The notes under the pieces were generated by a model. That model saw nothing but the letters and a program-made list of their open reading frames with translations, had not been told where the DNA came from and did no database searches. DNA of 64,000 bases from Eledone cirrhosa (lineage: Eukaryota). Made by a program: the position numbers and the translations under genes. Location of the stretch: the NCBI GenBank assembly GCA_964016885.1, contig OZ024745.1:35526001-35590000 (forward strand), read 5' to 3'. Positions 57,686 to 64,000 of this stretch are shown here, in pieces (positions within the stretch are counted from its first letter, which is position 1; the number at the start of each line of letters is the position of its first letter).

Positions 57686-58050
57686 TTAGGAAGTGAAAAT
57701 ATATATCAATGACAGACCAGTTTTGTCTTACTGGAAAACACTAGTATGGGTCTAAACTGCAATGAAACTGTATCTTAAATTCATCCAATAAATATGCATA
57801 CAAATCATGTACATGGAGTTTGGTTACTTGCAAATTTAGCAGTTGATGACAGCGTAACCAATATATGAACACAGCCATAAAACTCACTAACTAATCTATC
57901 CATTCTGTAATAGAACTTGCAACCGATCAACAGAACACTTTTTATTTCATTGGGTGTGTCAGCTATAGCCGCAGGTTACTAAAATAAATTCGGTCATTTT
58001 CGTAATCTCTCCCTCGCTCTCTCTCTCCCTCACTTTCTTTCTTTCGTTCT

Positions 58051-58141
<91 letters not shown>

Positions 58142-58169
58142 GCATACATACGTATGCATACACACACAC

Positions 58170-58204
<35 letters not shown>

Positions 58205-58375
58205 CAGAGAGATAGATAAATATACACGGGTGTGTATGATTGTGTATAGAAGATTATATTAATAAAAGGAATTCCAACTTTGTCTGATTTACTCGTTTTA
58301 TTTACAATCCTTTAAAATGTATAATGGTATTAGAATGAAATAGTATGGTAGAATATCAAATGTTAAGTGTTAATT

Positions 58376-58412
58376 GAACAAGGACTTTCATGCTTTCACA
58401 ATCTTCAGGTTC
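58376..58412 (-). ncRNA. Minimal type-I hammerhead motif
   Basis: Minus strand GAAC-CTGAAGA-TTGT(gaaa)GCAT-GAAA-GTCC-TT-GTTC. Confidence 0.62.
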
Positions 58413-58521
58413 ATAATGTGTGATGACAGTCAAGTTTGCAATGAAAATTGCAACACTTGACTGTATATATATATATATATATATATACATATATATACAC
58501 ATATATATATACACACAGAGA

Positions 58522-59428
<907 letters not shown>

Positions 59429-61369
59429 AAAGATAGAAAGAAAGAGTTTGTAAATTCGGGTGTGTATACGAAAACAGATTGGAATAGACAAATTCTTACA
59501 AAATAACTTAAAACTAATGGAAACTACATTAAGGTCATTTGTTAATTCGAATACTCGACCTAGGATATTCACTCGTTGAAATGAAATACCACTCTATTAA
59601 CATCGCTCACAGCAAATTCCAAACCTCGTTTTCCATTCAAACATTTCGTTCTCTCTAGTTTGAGAGAACGAGCTGTTTGCTGCTATTGAAATATATTCTA
59701 CATAATGAAGCATTAAACAGTTATATTCATATAGAAACAATCTTTGGCTCTCATAGCTAAGAAATACGAGAATTACTGAAAAGAGGAAATGAAAATTAAA
59801 AATAATGATGAACTAATACTTGATAATGTTTGATGATGATCGGAAAGCAAATGCTCATATATAGATTGGGCTCTGAGTTGCCAGCAGCTGATTTATACTT
59901 AATAGAACCTCGAGAGTAAATTATCTTAGAAAGAAACAAATATGATTTGCTTCTTTTCCTCCGTGTATTTATTCATGTTAAATATATGATTGTGAACCAT
60001 CTTAATATGATTTTATGCACCTTTTAACCTTGTGCTGATGTGTACATGTCTGTAGAGATGCAGATATTGTATAGTTAGAGCGGAAAGTATTTTAATAAGA
60101 CATATTTTAGGTGGAAAAATCTAACCTTTTGGTTGTTGTTTAACATCATTAGTGATTGAAAACACCGGTTAAATACATTCTAATTGTGATCATCCTATCT
60201 TGTCCACAGAGTGTATTTAGGGCTATAGCATTCAATGTTCTAAGATAATACTTTGTGATTTCAAGTATATTTCTAGCAGGTTAAGCAACTGCGTATATTT
60301 TCACTAACTGGCTTGAATGCTTCATGTTATTTTGCCAAGCATATGCTGAGTTTCTGATATAAACAGAACAACGATAACAACAACAGACTTCCTGAAATGA
60401 AAAATCAAGCTTCTACTTCGATGAGTAAGATAGATAAACACCTCTGTTCAATAAAAGAAATTGGGCAGATATCAGCAAGACTACAAGTAATCTTCGATAA
60501 GAAGCGCAGCTGTATTTAATTCCTTTGATGCAATTTATTTTATTTTTCGTATAATTCTAATTTTTTTTTTTTAGGATAAATTCGTTTTCAGATCTCTATA
60601 TTCAACTGTAGATGACACGATGGAATATCATGTGTAAGATTTTTAATAAGAAAATTTTGATTATTGCATGATTGCATTCTATTTATTTAACTTAAGCATT
60701 TCTATGTTAGATCTTCATGCGTAAATGAAGCTATCTTCGAAGATTTATATTTCTTTTTATTTACACTTCATTTCGTTCTATTATGAACCACACACAACTA
60801 AAACTACATACATCTGCCCATTTAATGTTCACTCATACACACATTTCATCCACATGAGAATGTTGTGTTCTTAACGTAAAAGACTGATAGGTTGTTGTGC
60901 GATTAGTAAATTGATTGGGCGACATGGGCTAAGCTTATCTATAACACGAATCAAACAACTATGAATCTGTTTCTGAAATGTTTTGGTGAAAACTCCAGTT
61001 TCTATATGAATAAGATATTTTCACGTTTAGCAAATAAAAAAAGTGAATTAAGACTTGTAAAGCTAAATAAACTAATAACTGATAAGGTCACATACACCTA
61101 TGCAAAGGCGTGAGGTTTAACGAGAAAGTGTTATAGGCTAATGGTGGTAAGTTTCAATTCTCGGTGGCAAGTTGTTTCTTTAAACAAGAAACTATGTCAC
61201 CTTGATCTAGTTTACTCCCATGTAAAAGTAATTCAAAAGGCCAGCCTTGTCCCGCATGTCGCACCAATAATTTGTGAGGAGGGGAATGTCGATTAAATCG
61301 ACCCAGTGCATTGCCGGTATTACATTTTAATCGACCCTATAAAGATGAAATACAAAATTAAAAGACCTT

Positions 61370-63000
61370 TCAAACCAGGTGATTCGCCCCTGGTTCAGTT
61401 AGCCATCATGTCCTATATTATTGGCTTTTCACAACACTCCGCCTTCTTGGACGAGGACTGCGGTAGACCGTCGAGGTAGGCAGTGGAATCTATCCCATTC
61501 GCCACTTCGCCACGGCTCCCGAACATATGAGTGAGAAAAAGGTCTTTCTAAACCTCTTTAAGCAAACCTATGGTGTGTGGTAAACAGATATATAACCCCT
61601 CTCAATAAGTATAAAACTGAACTTATATGTACAAAATGTCTAAACCCTCTAAATCATACTACATCGTCCATCGGACTTGTTCCCCAGTGTATGCAAAAGG
61701 CTGGGAAAACTTGGCTACTGAAGCAAACTCCCCGAATAACAGTTCAACAGGTCACCAGAACTGGGAAATTCTTAAACCTGGAATAGTATAAGAAGCTCTA
61801 ACAAACGGCACTCGAAATCAGAAAACAAATATAAAATGGATTAGGGAGGAATATAAATTGGTTATGACAGCGTTCTATACGGCATGAAGCAATCCCCAAT
61901 GAAATATTACAGAACAAACGTAGACTGAATGTAGAAATATGGTCGGCAAAAGCACCTGCCAAATAAAAGCAGACAACACACCTAGATTCTTTGCAAAAGA
62001 AAACACAGATTGTATTTAAAAAGATAAGAGTACAATGTTATAACACAAAAGAAGAAATACTAAAACAGCCTAACATCATAACACCAAAAATAACTAAAGA
62101 TGACATCTTGAAAGAAGTCAACCAGAGGATTGAGGAAATCAGACCAAATAGAAACATTGGTAAAGAACAACTTAGGGAACCAGTTGCTCGAGATAATGAA
62201 AACGACCGCAGGTTTCTAGAAAACAATGAACAAGTCATAGAAGAGGCTAAAGAAGACATTTTAAGAGAATTAAGTAGAAACTTATGCACTGCAATGAAAG
62301 TTTCAGAACAACAAAAAGGATATACATAAGATCAATATTTACAATGCTGCTATGAACGAAATTTTAGCAGAAGGTGAAATCAAACTAACCTCTTCTAACA
62401 ACCTCGTGTACTCTACAGCTAAATCTATAAGCTGCAAAATTGGTCTTAAAATTACGAAAAAGTAAACAAACATGTTATTAAGCAATCTAAATGCCAAAAA
62501 AAAAAAAAATACTGAAAGAAATTGATAACCTGAGAGGTCAATAGTCGAAGAGCAACCATAGATGTGAGCGTAAAGACTCGAAAAGCAAGAAAAGTTAAAA
62601 GAAAGTGTAAGATCATAGATGGAGAAAATCTATTGAATACCAATGAATCTCTGAAACAACGCACCCAGGTCAAATCACAGGGGATTGGACGATATGATAA
62701 GAGAAGCAAACTCTACAAACAAAATAACATCTTTCAAACCGATACAAAGAAATTTTACAGGGAATTAGGAAAACACCAATTTGAGATTAAGGAACTAACG
62801 TGTCTCAACAATTCTGGTAAAATATATGAAGCAGTAAAACAATGAAAAAAAATATAATAAAAAGCTGAATGGTTTAATAGAGAAATATACCGAATGAGAG
62901 ATATTGACCTGTGAGAGCTAAAGTAGGCACTTAGTAAAGTACAAAAATGTAATACACCAAATCCTTACGGATGCAGAAAGAACTTGCTAATGAAATTACG
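61370..63000 (+). mobile_element. Degenerate 5' portion of an R4/Dong-like element
   Basis: KWIREEYKLVM; LKQRTQVKSQGIGRYDKRSKLYKQNNIFQTDTKKFYREL (pre-RT region); many stops. Boundaries are approximate. Confidence 0.75.
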
Positions 63001-63382
63001 TCTATAATACAAAACTCAACGTTACAGCTTCTACCAAAGTAGAGTTGGTTGAATTACTGGTGTAATGTCCAATGAGTCCCGGACCATCCAACATGTGTTA
63101 CATGTTGTTAGTCGCGTTCAGCAATGATCTAACATATGTTTGCATACATACATATACAAGACAGTAAACATAATGAAGCGCTAATGAGACTTAATGATAA
63201 TTGTTACATTCATTGTAAATAGTTTTTCTCTAAATATGTATAGAATAGAATACATATTACATGATGTTGAGTAACATTACGGATATTGAGGTTATACAGA
63301 GGTAGAACCAATTGATTATTTTGCAATGCACACACAGACATACACACAGACATACAGACAGACACACACACACGCACACAAC

Positions 63383-63490
<108 letters not shown>

Positions 63491-64000
63491 TTTGGGGTTA
63501 TTATTATCTTGTTTATCTTTTTTAACTGGTTGACGGGATATCTTAAACTGAACAGACTGTTTAAAATGGATAAAAGGTCTCAGAATATTATTACAAATTG
63601 AAAACTTTACGTTGTTAATGTGTCGTTCTTTGGTAGATCTACGCATATATTTACATACTGCACATAAATATGAGCTCTTAAATTTAGTTTCTGTCAGACA
63701 GTGAAATATCCTACCAAGACTTAATCGCTTTCATTATCATTATTGATTCCTGGTGAATAATAGTGAATAATTTAAGCCCTTTCGCAAGATAAAGTGTTCT
63801 CTTTAATGTATAGTTCTCTTGGCTTTGTCGAGCAAATAACAGATATTTGTTTTTAACTAGACATTAAACTACTTGAACGGATAATTTTCTTTGCATATTA
63901 ACAACGTTCATTATTGTGCTCCGGGCTGTTAAATGGTTCAAAATTGTGAAGCAATATTTTATTGTTGTCGAGATTCCAAATAGTGATTTTGTCGATGTGA

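Noticed and set aside
61370-61530. HDV-like ribozyme in the R4/Dong 5' UTR
   Set aside because: GC-rich with hairpins, but the nested double pseudoknot could not be assembled by eye.

Overview
This is an AT-rich, repeat-dominated animal genomic window. The SINE family and extreme (TA)n/(CA)n content suggest an octopod cephalopod (inference, not a database result). No intact host gene or convincing exon was recognised, and most ORF-track entries are microsatellite translations. Contents: several Penelope-like elements (PLEs, RT plus C-terminal GIY-YIG) and many short PLE-type termini in (TA)n tracts; a 5.8 kb degenerate L1/Tx1-like LINE; R4/Dong-like and RTE-like LINE fragments; a bipartite non-autonomous RTE derivative; an internally deleted mariner; a long-TIR DNA element; and many tRNA-derived SINEs with target-site duplications (TSDs). 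The main signal is about a dozen type-I hammerhead ribozyme (HHR) motifs from several distinct families, including U3/A8 and U3/A8/C13 core variants and forms with a long stem-II insert. Nearly all lie in short inserts within (TA)n. Many carry a 5' inverted self-copy whose outer end joins the (TA)n tract at an internal TA and whose turning point falls in or beside the ribozyme. All folds and alignments were done by eye.
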